Positions 17,699 through 35,334 of a stretch of 64,000 nt of DNA are shown here, one piece after another (the first letter of the stretch is position 1; each line of letters opens with the position of its first letter). Made by a program: the position numbers and the translations under genes. The DNA is from Blastocystis sp. Blastoise (Eukaryota > Protista > Bigyra: Opalinata). The notes beneath the pieces are model-generated. The model saw only the letters and a list, made by a program, of their open reading frames with translations, had not been told where the DNA came from and did not search any database. The DNA lies in assembly GCA_039096225.1 (NCBI GenBank), contig JBBPEB010000033.1, forward strand, positions 806,001 through 870,000, written 5' to 3'.

Positions 17699-19189
17699 TT
17701 ATTCTCTTCCCCATATTTCATAATCTTCCACAGTAAAATGATTACTAGAATTAGCATTATCGGTATTCACAAATAATGAATGTGTTTGAGGAGTATTGAC
17801 TTCTGAAAATGAAAAAGCAGTACAATATGAATCAGTATTACTATCGCATTGATCACATATATAGATATCATGACCACCTCCAAATCTTGGACCATAATGT
17901 GGATCACAATATATACCTTTATTTCTATCATCGTGTATATATTTATATTTAGTAGGAGGAATATTATGTTCATTACTTAATGTAAATAGAAATTCTTTGG
18001 AATAAGGCTTTATAATTGAATCAGCCCAACTTTGATCTGTATATCCTCCAAATATATTAATATGATTATTATGACCTATATGCTTAATAAGAGTAACTGT
18101 TTCTCCTTTATTATCACAATATTTATGAAATTCAGTTGCTTTATATTCATGCTCACTTGCTCTAAATAATAATTTCCATTTCTTTTCTTTACCTAACCAA
18201 TTTACTAAGGATTTCTCCATCACTTTATTTAAAAGTATTTTTGTCCCATAAAAATATTTTAATTGAATCATTTCTGTCACATAAGCTTCTCTTCCTTTAT
18301 CACCAAATAATTCAACCATTTCTTTCTCTAATAATTCTTTATTAATATCAATAATCTTATCGAATTCTATATCTATAGTTCCATTATTCACATATTCAGT
18401 AATATAATCAATATATTCATATTTCTTATTCATATAAAAACTTTCATCTACAGGTTTATAATTAATAAATCCATTATCATAATTTTTAACATATTCATTC
18501 CATAATCCATTCTTTATCAAATATTCTTTAATAGTATCATTCTTATTTCCATTAATAATCAACTCTATTTCATTTCCTTCTTCATATTTCTTCTTCTTTC
18601 GATCTCTTCTTTCTCTACAATCTATTAATTCAATAGGAATTATTAATCCACAAAATTCAAATAATTTCAATAATTCTAATTGTTCTTCATAACAAAAAGA
18701 ATCAAAATCTACATGTTTTCCATTCAAATAATCTAATAAATAATATACAAAAACATCTTGACCTTCATAACAAAGAAAAATAGTTCCATCATTCGTTCTT
18801 TTTCCTTCTTCACGTTGTTCTTCAATATAAGAACCTTTCAACGAATCTAAAACAGCTTTCGATATTTGAAAAACAGGACCATTATTCGTAAATCGAATCA
18901 AATCCATATCATCATCATTATCATTATCCATATTAACATTATTTTCATGAATAAAAGAATCATTTTGAAGAATTTCTTGTTTCTCATCTTCATTTTTATG
19001 ATTGATTTCTTCATTATTTCTAGTTAATTGTTTGATTAATTCATTGATGAATTCACCAGAGTGATTACAGAAACTAATTGACTTACTGAAAAGACCAATC
19101 AAATCAACAACTAGTTGTTCAAAGTGAAGTATATTCTTCTGAATATCATCATTCTTACTACTATCGTATTCTACCTTTTCTTTTACCAT
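17699..19189 (-). CDS. BTB-like x2 + TLDc protein, paralogue T1 (intronless)
   Basis: KCTD-type BTB-like segment (IRFTNNGPVFQISK...GTIFL...YLLDYLNG...LFEFCGL) and a second degenerate BTB. TLDc motifs WKLLFRASEH, FHKYCDNKGETV, IFGGYT, FLFTL, GPRFGGGHDI and VEDYEIW. Confidence 0.88.
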   Translation of the reverse strand: MVKEKVEYDSSKNDDIQKNILHFEQLVVDLIGLFSKSISFCNHSGEFINELIKQLTRNNEEINHKNEDEKQEILQNDSFIHENNVNMDNDNDDDMDLIRFTNNGPVFQISKAVLDSLKGSYIEEQREEGKRTNDGTIFLCYEGQDVFVYYLLDYLNGKHVDFDSFCYEEQLELLKLFEFCGLIIPIELIDCRERRDRKKKKYEEGNEIELIINGNKNDTIKEYLIKNGLWNEYVKNYDNGFINYKPVDESFYMNKKYEYIDYITEYVNNGTIDIEFDKIIDINKELLEKEMVELFGDKGREAYVTEMIQLKYFYGTKILLNKVMEKSLVNWLGKEKKWKLLFRASEHEYKATEFHKYCDNKGETVTLIKHIGHNNHINIFGGYTDQSWADSIIKPYSKEFLFTLSNEHNIPPTKYKYIHDDRNKGIYCDPHYGPRFGGGHDIYICDQCDSNTDSYCTAFSFSEVNTPQTHSLFVNTDNANSSNHFTVEDYEIWGRE

Positions 19190-20279
19190 TTTCAAATAAT
19201 AAAAAAATATGAAAATAAAATAAAAATGTCAAAAAAAAAAAAATGAAATCTAAACAATTGAGGAGAATTTAATTTGATTTCCCTTTGATTCTTTGAACCA
19301 ATAATATATGGATTTCTTCTTTACGTAAGAATTGTCATCGACTCTGATAGTCCTCGTCAAGAATCTCAAATAGAAATATTATAAATAGTATTTTCTATGA
19401 TGAAATCTCATCGTTTGAAAGTACTAGGTTTAACAGGAATGAATAAACTGAATGTTTTGAAGGATTTGAAGGTTTGAAAGTATTGTTTTTCTTTTGTGAA
19501 TATATTATGAATCTTATTTATTATAATGAATTATAAATTAAATAATTATTAAAAAAAAAAAATTTGTGAAAAATAGAATTGTTTTTTTTTGTTTATAAAA
19601 GTCACCTTTTTATTCTAATCATTCATTATCTCGATTCTTTCATTGATATTGTTCAAGATAGTATTGCTTATTATTTGTAAATATTCCTATGAAAGAAAAT
19701 ATTATGAAAAAGAAATTATGTTTCATAATAAAATTGTTTATTATATATTTATTGAATTCATAAAGTATTCTATAGATGTTTGAAATGAAAATAATCTAAA
19801 GAATAATATATATAATTCTTGATCGAATTATCATTACTTATATTTAATGATTATAAAGATTTCTTAATTATATAAATTGATATTCTAAAAAGTATTCTAT
19901 ATTAATTTCAATGAAATAGTTGAATATATGTTAAAAAACCAAATTGAATTGTTTCAAATAACATGAATTACTTATTCATCAATATCGCATTCACATATAC
20001 ATTCATAATACAATGATTCTTTCATATATAAGAAGACCAATTTCAAAAACACATTCATTTCTTTCTTTAATTAAATCATATTCAATTCAATATTCCTCTT
20101 TATAAATCATTCTATCCAATAATACTCACATTCTAATCAAATTAACATTCCTAAATCATTTTAATCAAAATATCAAAAATACCAAGAAAAATCTCTTCTT
20201 CATACTTGATTTTTCATTATTTCGATAGTTATAGATTGAGTTACTGAAAGTTACTTTGTTTTTTAAATTAATAAAGGAA

Positions 20280-22577
20280 ATGGTTAAAGAAGGAGTTCTA
20301 CTTGATCTTGATTCTTTCAATCAACTAAAGGATATTGCTTCTGAATTTGATGAATTGATGAAGAAAGTTGTTGATGGATTCACATCTATAGTATCTGAGA
20401 CTTTATACACTGGAAAAACATTCCATGATATTCTGAAGAATTTAAATAATAATAATAATGCAAATGAAGAAGATGGGAACTTAAATTGCAAACAATTTCA
20501 AAATGAAAAGAAAAGTAATGTGAATGAAACCATGAATATTAGTCAAAGATATTATAATAATGCTGTAGATACTGATTTGATTCGTTTCTCTAGTGATGGT
20601 CCTGTATTTTCCATATCTAAAAGCATTCTTAGTTCAATTCAATATTCTTATATATATGAACAATCTGAAGAAGAAATGAGAACTAAAGATGGAACTATAT
20701 TTCTTGATTATCGAGGAAACGATATTTATGTATATTATTTATTAGATTATTTGAATGGAAAAGAAGTTGATTATAGTGTATTTGATATAAAAGATAAATT
20801 GGAATTACTTCATTTATATGAATTTTGTAATATAATAATTCCTGTAGAATTAGTTGGTTGTCGTGAACAAAGAGATGATAATAAAAGGAAGTATAAAGAA
20901 GGTGATGAAGTTTCTCTTTTTATTAATGGAAAGAAAGAAGATGTTATAAAACAGTATTTAATTAAGAATGAGATTTGGAATGCTTTTGTAATGAAGTATA
21001 ATGATGGATTCGTTGATTATAATTTTATTGATAATTCTTTCTCTATGAGTTTGAAATGTGATACTATAAAATATATTACTCAATATGCTGAACATGAATT
21101 TTGTCATATAGTAGAAACAGTCAATAATGATTTGAATATTAATTTATTGAAAACAGAAATGTATACTCTATTTGGTGATAAAGGAAGGCAATGTATTATA
21201 GATATGATGAAAAGACCTACTGTATTTCTAGAATCAAAGATTATTAATAAGAAATGTTTTGAGACTTCATTAGTGAATTGGCTTGGTAAAGAAAAGAAAT
21301 GGAAATTATTATTTAGGTATGTATATTATTATTTATTATTATCTATGTTTATAGAGCAAGTGAACATAAATATAAAGCAAGTGAATTCCATAGATATTGT
21401 GATACTAAATGTCCTACTGTGACTATTATTAAACATAAAGGTCATAATAATAAGATTAATATATTTGGAGGATATACTACTCAATATTGGGAATCTAGAA
21501 GTGATGATTGTATATATAATAATATTATTATCTGTTTAATAGTAAAATACAATATAGGGTGGAAATATGACAGTGGATCTTTCTTATTTACATTAAGTAA
21601 TGAACATGATATTCCTCCTACTAAATATGATATACTTGATCCTTTTAATGCATTATATTGTGATAAGAATAGTGGCCCTTGTTTTCTAGATATAAGTATT
21701 GAAGAGGATTGTCATAATAACAACGATAGTTATGTTAATGGTAAGACTGGTGTATATTCTCATAGTCTTACTCCTCAATTTCGATCTTTATTTGTGAATA
21801 CAGCTGGACCACAAGAGCAAATTAATTTTATTGTTGATGATTATGAAGTCTATGAATTAATAACAAATTCTATTTTATATTTACCCAATTCAATTCTTAT
21901 TAATGAAGAAATGGGTATAGAGTTAAGTAAATGGTTTGATGAAGATAAAGAATGGGAGTTATTATATAGGTATATTATATGCTGTTTTTATATTCTATTA
22001 TTGTTTTAATAATATTATATATATAGATGTTCTGATGAGAATAGAAGTGTAAAGAAATGGCATGAGAAATGTGATGAGAAAGAATCCTTAGTAATTATAC
22101 AAGGAAAAGGAAAAGATGGTCAATCGTATATATTTGGAGGATATACTAGTATTGGCTGGGGAAAAAAATCATAGAGATTATCAAAATCCACTTAGAAGTA
22201 TATATATTGAATAAATATGTATATATATATATATAGAAGGTACAGGATGGAGAGAAGATCCAAAAGCCTTTTTATTTTCATTAACAAATCCTCATGGACA
22301 TAATTATACTAAATTAGCTATTAATCCTGAATATGCAAATAGCGCCTTAATTAGTAATGATTCATCATTTGAACTTACATTTTGTTGTGGTATATGTTTA
22401 TGTACTCAAATTGATAAAGATCGATTTACAAATGGTAGAATAGATTTTCTATGTGATGAAAACACAGTATATATTTCTCCTTATCCTGAATTAGGAAATA
22501 GTTTCTTTGTTAATACTAATAAACCTGATAAAAAAAATGAATTTGATTTAATTGATTTTGAAGTTTTTACGAGTTAG
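20280..22577 (+). CDS. BTB-like x2 + two TLDc domains, paralogue T2; introns 21317-21354, 21510-21557, 21970-22026, 22198-22236; apparent extra A at 22162-22168
   Basis: Same family motifs. The second TLDc reads WELLYR^CSDE..IFGGYT..AFLFSLTNPHG..DFEVF. The frame breaks in an A7 run. Confidence 0.82.
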
Positions 22578-23173
22578 TCATAACAAAATAATTATCAAAA
22601 TAATTTATCTTCTTTTTTAAATCTTGTTTTATTATTTGTTCTCTTAAACTTTTTTTATTCATATTAACGTATATGCATTAATAGAATCTATATGTATACA
22701 TATACAGTACATATATATTTTTTCTTTATTATATACTATATATATTTATATCAACTGTTTTATTAATTATTTAGCTTTTTTTTTAATTAAAATATATGTA
22801 TATTTTTTAGAATTATAAACCTTAAAATGTAATGATATTTTTGTTCTATAATAATTATTTATTATATAATATACTATTCATTCACATTAATAAGGCATGA
22901 ATTATAAATAGGATCTTACTGTAAGGACATTAATATATTCAAATTTTATATTATATATATTAAATAAAATGTTTAAATATCTTTTTTATGATGTCAATGA
23001 TATGTAGATTCTATTATATATTTCACAATTACTAAACATATAAGAAACAATAACAAATAAAAATGATGATAAAAAACTAGTAATAAGTTATAATATAAAT
23101 ATAAAAAAGAAATATATATTTTCAGAGTATTTCAAATAGATTCATTCATATAATAGAATATATATAATATATA

Positions 23174-24670
23174 TTACGCTCTTCCCCAAACTTCATAATC
23201 TTCAACTTTAAAGTAATTCTTTTCATCTGGACCAGCAGTATTAACAAATAAGGATGACTTTTGAGGAGTATCTATCCATGTGAAAGAAGAAGCTTTTGTA
23301 TATGTATATACATTGTCAGTATCACATTCATCACTTAATGCAATATCTAAACCACTTCCAAATACAAGACCCCAAGAAGAAGCACATAAAATACCTCTAC
23401 CATTACCATTATGTAGATAGTGAGTAGGAGGAATATTATGTTCATTACTTAAAGTAAATAGAAATTCTTTAGAAGCAGGTTTACCTTCATATAAGCCAGA
23501 TTCCCAACTTTGATCAGTATATCCTCCAAATATATTCATAATATTATTATGACCTTTATGTTTAATAAGTATAACTGTTTCTCCTTGATTATCACAATAC
23601 TTATGGAATGCTTTTCTTGAATAATTATGTTCACTTGCTCTAAATAATAATTTCCATTTCTTTTCTTTACCTAACCAATTCACTAAGGGAATTTCAAAAC
23701 ATTTTTTTTCTATTATAGTGGAATTCATAAATACATTTAATTTTCCTATCATTGCTTCTTTCACAGCTTCTCTTCCTTCTTCACCAAAAAATTCATATAT
23801 TTCGTTCTCTAATAATTCTTTATTAATATCAATAATCTTATCGAATTCTATATATATATATCTATTATTCACATATTCAGTAATATAATCAATATATTCA
23901 TATTTCTTATTCACATAAAAACTTTCATCAATATGATTAAAATCAATAAATCCATTATCATAATTCTTAACATATTCATTCCATAATCCATTCTTTATCA
24001 AATATTCTTTAATAATATCATTCTTATTTCCATTTATAATCAATTTTATTTCATCTCCTTCTTCATATTTCTTTTTCTTTGTATCTCTTCTTGCTCTACA
24101 ATCTATTAATTCTAAAGGAATAGGTAAACCACAATATTCAAATAAATCTAATATTTTTAATTGTTCTTCATAAGAAAGAGAATCAAAATAAACTTTCTTT
24201 CCATTCAAATAATTAACTAAATAATAAACAGCGGCATCATTTCCAGGATAATCAAGATATATAGATCCATCATTTGTCCTAAGTTCTTCACTACATTGTT
24301 CTTCAATAAAAGAACCTTTCAAAGAATCTAAAACAGATTTCGATATTTGAAATATAGGACCATTATTGGTAAATCTAATGGAATCCATATTATCATCACA
24401 TTTATCATCCATATTGACATTCATATCTTCATTATTCTTATCTTCATAAGCAGATTTCATTTCAAATCCATTTTTTCCGCTTTCATTATTAATATAGCCA
24501 TCACCAATATGTTTTATAAGTCTATTAATCGATATTCCTGAATGTATACCAAGATTCATTACTGATCCAAATACATTAACAACATCTTTCATCAATTCTT
24601 CAAATACATTGATATCCTCCTTCAATCTATTGAATTTATCAATATCAAATAACACCTTTTCTTTCACCAT
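23174..24670 (-). CDS. BTB-like x2 + TLDc protein, paralogue T3 (intronless)
   Basis: Complete 498-aa ORF with the same motifs as T1. Confidence 0.9.
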   Translation of the reverse strand: MVKEKVLFDIDKFNRLKEDINVFEELMKDVVNVFGSVMNLGIHSGISINRLIKHIGDGYINNESGKNGFEMKSAYEDKNNEDMNVNMDDKCDDNMDSIRFTNNGPIFQISKSVLDSLKGSFIEEQCSEELRTNDGSIYLDYPGNDAAVYYLVNYLNGKKVYFDSLSYEEQLKILDLFEYCGLPIPLELIDCRARRDTKKKKYEEGDEIKLIINGNKNDIIKEYLIKNGLWNEYVKNYDNGFIDFNHIDESFYVNKKYEYIDYITEYVNNRYIYIEFDKIIDINKELLENEIYEFFGEEGREAVKEAMIGKLNVFMNSTIIEKKCFEIPLVNWLGKEKKWKLLFRASEHNYSRKAFHKYCDNQGETVILIKHKGHNNIMNIFGGYTDQSWESGLYEGKPASKEFLFTLSNEHNIPPTHYLHNGNGRGILCASSWGLVFGSGLDIALSDECDTDNVYTYTKASSFTWIDTPQKSSLFVNTAGPDEKNYFKVEDYEVWGRA

Positions 24671-26253
24671 TAATGAAATAATGCTAATTAAATTAATTGA
24701 GTTGTTTCCCCTGTTTATTTCATTTTTTCATTAAATTTTTTTTATTTCTTTATTATTCGCTTATTATTCACATATAATAATCAACATTATATTGAATAAT
24801 TAATAATCGATATAATCGACAAAAATATGCCAATAATTTCCAAGAATAGGTAACTCATTGTGGATCTTCACTTAAATTTTTACTTAAAATAATGTATTGA
24901 ATACTAGTTCGAAATATAGAGAATACTAGAAATAGAATTGTATGTCTAATCAATTTATATTTCTTGCACAATTTGCATTTTGATTAATAAGTCTCTTATT
25001 TTAAGCATATGCATTTCTATTTTAATTTATAATGTACATATATATACTTATAATGTGCTAATTAGTGTTTATATAGAAATGAAAAGTAACATTTTCTATT
25101 AATCATTCCTGATTTCTAACTGAATTTAATACATTATTGTTTATTTTTATATCATATCTATGAAATGTGTATCTATTACTCAAATAGAATCTATTTTAGA
25201 ACCTATTGATACAAAAAAAGCTCTCCTTATTTTCCTATCTCCTTCTTCTTATTCTTCCATTTCTATTTTATATTATTTTATTTCAAATTTTTATAAAACA
25301 ATTGATTAAGATTTATAAGTCATCATATTCAAATAAATAATATATTATTATATGTATGATGAATAAAACTATTTTGATATTTTACTCAATAACATATTAT
25401 TGGTAATAGGAGTATATATTATTTATATGTTTTGCATAAATATTAAATTAGTAGAAACATACATGAATAATTACATTTAACGTTATTAGAATATATTCAG
25501 TCCATAATTCTCAAATTATATTCTATGTTTAAAAATGTTTTAATATAATAATTTTAAATAATAAGTCACAAAATATTTTATTACTCTCAATGTGTTAATT
25601 TAAAAAATGTATTTGTTGTCAATATATAATAATATAATTGTGATTAGATTCATCGTATTTTTAATTAATTATAAATATGAAAATACTTCATTATAAACTA
25701 TTATATATATAAAAAATGAAAAATATACTCTGTACATAATATGTTGTAATTATTTTATACCATTTATCAAAGGCATTTAAGAATTAAAATGTTATATAAA
25801 AAATATAACTAAAATAAAAAAATAAAATACAATTTATTATCTTATTATATTAATTAAAATGTTTATCTAGAAAGTCATTAACTTTAGTTTATTATATATA
25901 CAAACAAATTAAAACAGTTTTTAACTATTCTTAAAGCTGTTGTTTTAATAATTGCAAACCTCTAGAAAGATTTAAGAAATTAACATTTCATAAATAATAT
26001 AAAATTAAATTCATAATAAACCCTAAATAGTATTCTATTATATATTGCATGTATATATGTTATAAGAAATTTACTTTATTTAATCACTACTATGTTAATA
26101 TTTTCAAATAAAGCACAAAGAGATATTAGTAAAGTATTATATATACTTTATATAACGTTAATAAATGAAAAATAATCATGACAAGAAATTTATAAATAAA
26201 ACAATTATAATATAAGTTATAAATAATCATATATTCAAAAGAATTAAATATTC

Positions 26254-30218
<3,965 letters not shown>

Positions 30219-30977
30219 CACTTGAATTCAACTATAATGACAATGTAATCCGATATTAATATATTTTAAAAAGTATTTTCTTATATATACAATAAATAAA
30301 TGCTTTAGAAAATGTTATACTCTATTATAAACATCATAAATCATTAATAAAAGAACAAACAAAACTTGCAAATTTTTAAGAAGAATCTTCATGAAAATAA
30401 ATAAAAAATGATTAGAGAATTACTAAAAGACCGCGAATATATTTTGTAAGTTTTATTTTGTTGAATATGTCTCTTTAGGCAATTTATGAGCATTTAAAAT
30501 GTTCTTTTAGATCAATTCATGCAATATAGATTCATATAAAGAAAAGAAAATATGGATATTAATGAAGTTTTGATTTTTTCATTTGATTTTCTTATTATTA
30601 TACTTTTTCAAACCTTGATTTTATGCTCTACAAATTCAAAAATAATAGATAGTAATGTTCAAGTGACTCAAATTATGTTTCTATAATGTGAATGAAGTCT
30701 TTTTAAGATTAACTTACGAATTATTCAATAATTTTAATTAATATGATTTATATATATGCTTCTCTAGTTTATTTCATGATTAAAAATAGAAATATACGCT
30801 AGTTTAACCACATAAAAACGTATTTTGTAAAATATTTGATAGTAATATATAATAAAAATACTTTTTTGAGTATAATAGCAATCCTAATATATAAATATCC
30901 ATTAAAAAGAGTCATATATACAATATTGACTGATATAAATAGATAAAATAGTCAAACATGAATTTTAAAACTTGTGA

Positions 30978-30995
30978 ATTCATTTGAGGGATTCA
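30978..30995 (+). promoter_or_regulatory. Candidate cis-element upstream of B1 (ATTCATTTGAGGGATTCA)
   Basis: Matches ATTCATTTTCAAGGGATTCA at 51574-51593 upstream of B2, at a similar distance from the ATG. Confidence 0.4.
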
Positions 30996-31147
30996 GTTTA
31001 CAACTGAAATTGTTTTAATTATTGTTAAGAATTTTATTATTGTCTATTTTTCTTTGATATTCAATATCTAACACGTATTTTTTTATTTTAAATACAAATA
31101 TCAGATATCTCTGTTATTAAAATAATTAAATAATGCTTGAAGAAAAG

Positions 31148-34100
31148 ATGGAAAAAACAAATTTTCAAGAAAAACAAAGTATTTTTTCTATTCATACATA
31201 CTAATCATAAATATATTATTGATAAAGCGTCATTTATATTACAGGATGAATCAACAATCACAATTTCAAATTCTCTTCTACAAAAATATCCTAATTTCAT
31301 GTTTTCTTTGGTATCTATGAATACTAATGATTTTATAGAAGAATAAGAATCTTATTACATTGATCTTTTATCTTTATCAATACATAAAATGATCCCATTT
31401 ATGGAGAATGCAAAAGTTCTTGATATTCTGCCTTTAAAAGATGTAATTTCAATTCATTCAGATATACATTATTTTTTTTTGAGATGAATCCTATGAAGAT
31501 GAGATAAAAATATATACATTTCTTTGAGATTCTTTAAATAATTTTGTTGTGAATAATAATTGTGGACTGTATTTTATTTTACTAATATTTATAGAATAAA
31601 TAAAAGCAATGAAATGCACATAATAAGATTTCAACTCATTATTTATGGTATATTTATTTTATTATTATTATATATATGAATATATAGATATCATAACAGA
31701 AGAGAGAAATCAATTATTCTGTCAATATTCTCCATTATTTGATTTCTTTAATATTACAATTGTTACTTTAAAATGTATAGTATTAGATTATTAAAGCCAT
31801 TAATTATATATATATAGTTGATTTCTCTGAAGATATTTCTTATGAATATATATATCCTTCCAATTTACATGAAGTATTCCCAAAACTAGAAACATTTCTT
31901 ATAGAACGTATATTATAATTATTTACATATATATATTTGAATTTATTTTATACATAGCTTCTTATTATTCTCAAAGAAAAGAGATATATATACCTCCTTC
32001 TGATCCTCATTATACTCTATTATATAAAGAATATAAACGACAATATTATCAAACTTATTTTCCAAAGAAATATTCTAATTATAGAAGATCAAGAACAGAT
32101 AAAGAAAACGATTATATATATAACAATTTAATTCATATATATCCAAAAGAAAAGAAAAAAAAATATGAATAAGAAAGAAAATGATATTTCTGACAAAAAT
32201 ATAGATATAGATAAAGAAATAAATGAAGAGAAAAATGAAATAAAACCAGATCTATTTGTTATTCTTTCAAGCTATTCCCGTGATTATGATGCACAACAAA
32301 TGGAGTTCGAGAAGAAGAATTTATTATTATATAATAATAAATATATTTCTTATATGAAATTTATTTTTATCCAAGATGGAGGTATATATATATATTATAT
32401 ATATTTATATATATAGAACGAGATATATAACATCCAATTGTCTAGTATATAATTATATTTTATTGTTTTTGTATTCTATATAATTGAAGAAATTATTTTA
32501 TTATTAGAATGTATTTATAATATATAAATATGAATAGTTTTTCGTATTCTTCGTGTTCAACAATACTCTTCTATTTACTTCATCTGCCAATAATGAAGCA
32601 TATTAAGCAACTAGTCACTCTTCGTATATACGTAATAACTATTAAATATATATATATTAGAGAATCCTAGAGTGAAGATTCAATTCGATATTCCTCCATT
32701 ATTAATAACAATTAGAGATGGATTAGTAGATACTATTATTATATTCAACATATTTAATTGTAATATATATAATCTATAATAGTTATTATTATTATTATAT
32801 AGTTATTCAACCAGGATCATATCCTGAATATATACAATTATTCAAAGATATTATTACTACTCATGTATTTCCTAATGCTACTACATTAAAAATAACATGT
32901 ATATATAATATATTTCAATATATTATATAAATAATAATAATATATTTATAGATTATTCCTATGATTTATATATACCTCTTTTACAAGACATATTGCAATT
33001 AATAACAAAAAATCATTTTCCAAAGTTGCATATATATGATATCAGTGATATTATTCGAAATGAAATTCATATATATAAAGAGAATTATAAATTTGTTCTA
33101 TTTTCTGAATCTATAATACAACTAATGGATACTATAATTTATGATAAAGATATATTTTCTGATATCTTAGAGAATGTTGTGGTGTATCCAGAAATATCAG
33201 AAGCTATATTGAATACTAATAATACTAATTATTTTACTATTCAAGGTATACATAAATGGTATTATGAATTATTATTATTATACTATATATATATAGGTTC
33301 ATTTTTTAAAATGAATATGATGTTGTGTGGAATAAGTTAATGAATTCTAAAGTCATATACTTTAATAATCTAATTATTGATTGTACATATATTATATCAT
33401 TATTGTTAATATATTTATATATAATAATATTATTATTTCTATATTCTTTTAGTATATGAGATGAAATATACTAGATTTGATATTTCTCAAATAAATCTAA
33501 AAAAGTGTATAGTTAAATCACTTATTCTTAATGCGAATTCATCTCAGTATAAGATATTAAATAAATTGAGGAATTGCATGAAAGATATAAATTATAATGA
33601 ACTTCAAACACTTTTTATTAACTGTATTTGTTTTTTTTTTTATTTTCTATTTATTCTATTTATTATTCGAATTAATTATGTAATTTTTAGTAAATCCAGA
33701 TGAAGATGAAGAGTATGAATATGATAGTAATTATGATGATTACAGTGATGATGAAGATGAAAATATTTATGTGAATCAATATATTTATGAATATTTCTCA
33801 TTTTTATCTGTTGGAAACTATAAAAACGTGACTACTTTGTCAATAGGTATGATTATGTATATATCTTTATATCTATATATATAGATGATATAACGTTCTA
33901 TTCTATTCATGGTTATATAAAAAACAAAATAAAAGTTGAAACCTTACAAATATTATATCATTTCTTCTCCTTGTTTTCTAATAATCTTACTAGAATAAAA
34001 TTAACTTGTATATCAATCTAAATATTCTATATATATAAATAGATTGTTTCTTTGTATCCTATATATTCAATGATTGCTTATCTCTACCTTTACTTGAATA

Positions 34101-35052
34101 TCAATTATGTTAAAATAACAATTTGTATGTATTATAACATATATTTTGTTTTAGTCAATTATATATATATAGTTAATAAAAATGAATTTAATGATTTACT
34201 GAAAAATATATACTGGCTATTTAAGAATAATAAACTGAAAAAGCTTCAAATATTGGAAATTTGCTATATTTCAAGTATATTTAATAGTTATATTATCAAT
34301 AAAAATATATATAGAAGATAACGATAGTTTTGATGAATTATTTACATATATTATGTTATTTAAAGAAGAATATAGTAGAATTCCTTCTTGTTTCAAACAG
34401 ATAAAACTTAATATTCAAGGTAATTTTTTCATTAATATATTTATATATCTTATATTCATTTTCTATTTAATTATTTAGTTGTAATTATTGTTTATATATA
34501 TTTATCATTTTATTGTTAAAAATATATTCTTATTTTTATATATATTAATTATATTACTATTAGAATCTCAGAATGAATATACTATTCTAAATATATTCGA
34601 ATCATTTCCTTCTTTTTCTCATTTTTTTCATAAATTAATTCAATGTATATCTATGAATATAATAATGAAGAGATATAAAGATATATATATTATATATTGT
34701 AAATATATATATAATCAATTAGAGATGGAATATACTCAGTTAATTGTTCAATTAGATTTATGTATATATATAGTATTATTCCACATTATTCATTATATAT
34801 AGTTATAGTAGATAATCCTTATATAAAGAATATTATAAACTTAATTGCAAAGAATTCTTTTCCTTATTTAAGAATACTGTACTTATATAACTCATGTATA
34901 TATTTATATATTATGTTTTATTATATTTATATATAGACATAGAGTTTGATTATAGATCTATTTTAGAAGATTACAAAAGAAATATAATCCACAACTATCA
35001 ATTATATATAAATGAGAAAAATAAAGAATATCTAGATTTTTTTAATTGTTAA
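31148..35052 (+). pseudogene. BTB-like + LRR-like subfamily B copy 1 (B1), probably disabled
   Basis: Collinear with B2 (YEYIYPxNLHE.FPKL, HY.LLYKEYKRQYY, THVFPN.T), but with in-frame TAA (31344) and TGA (~31526) and frame breaks at ~31472-31480, ~32155-32163, ~32600 and ~33302-33311. Confidence 0.65.
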
Positions 35053-35334
35053 TAAATAATGTTTTATGTATTGTTATAAAATTTTGTTTATAACTTAATA
35101 TTTGTTATTCTTATAAATGAAATAATCTATTAAAAGTGATTATTTTTTTAACTATTTTAAAGCCAAACCCATTAATAAATATAAACATATAATTAAAATA
35201 AACACTTTTAGATATTTATATAAAAAAAATATACAATAAAAAAATATAATAGTTTATAAAAAATGTTAAAAAGTAATTACATATATAAATATATATTAAA
35301 GAAAATTGATATTTTTATATATAAATAATTGTTC

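Noticed and set aside
31344-31530. Stop-codon reassignment suggested by in-frame TAA/TGA
   Set aside because: The stops are confined to B1, which also has frameshifts. Long ORFs elsewhere contain no internal stops and end in TAA or TAG.
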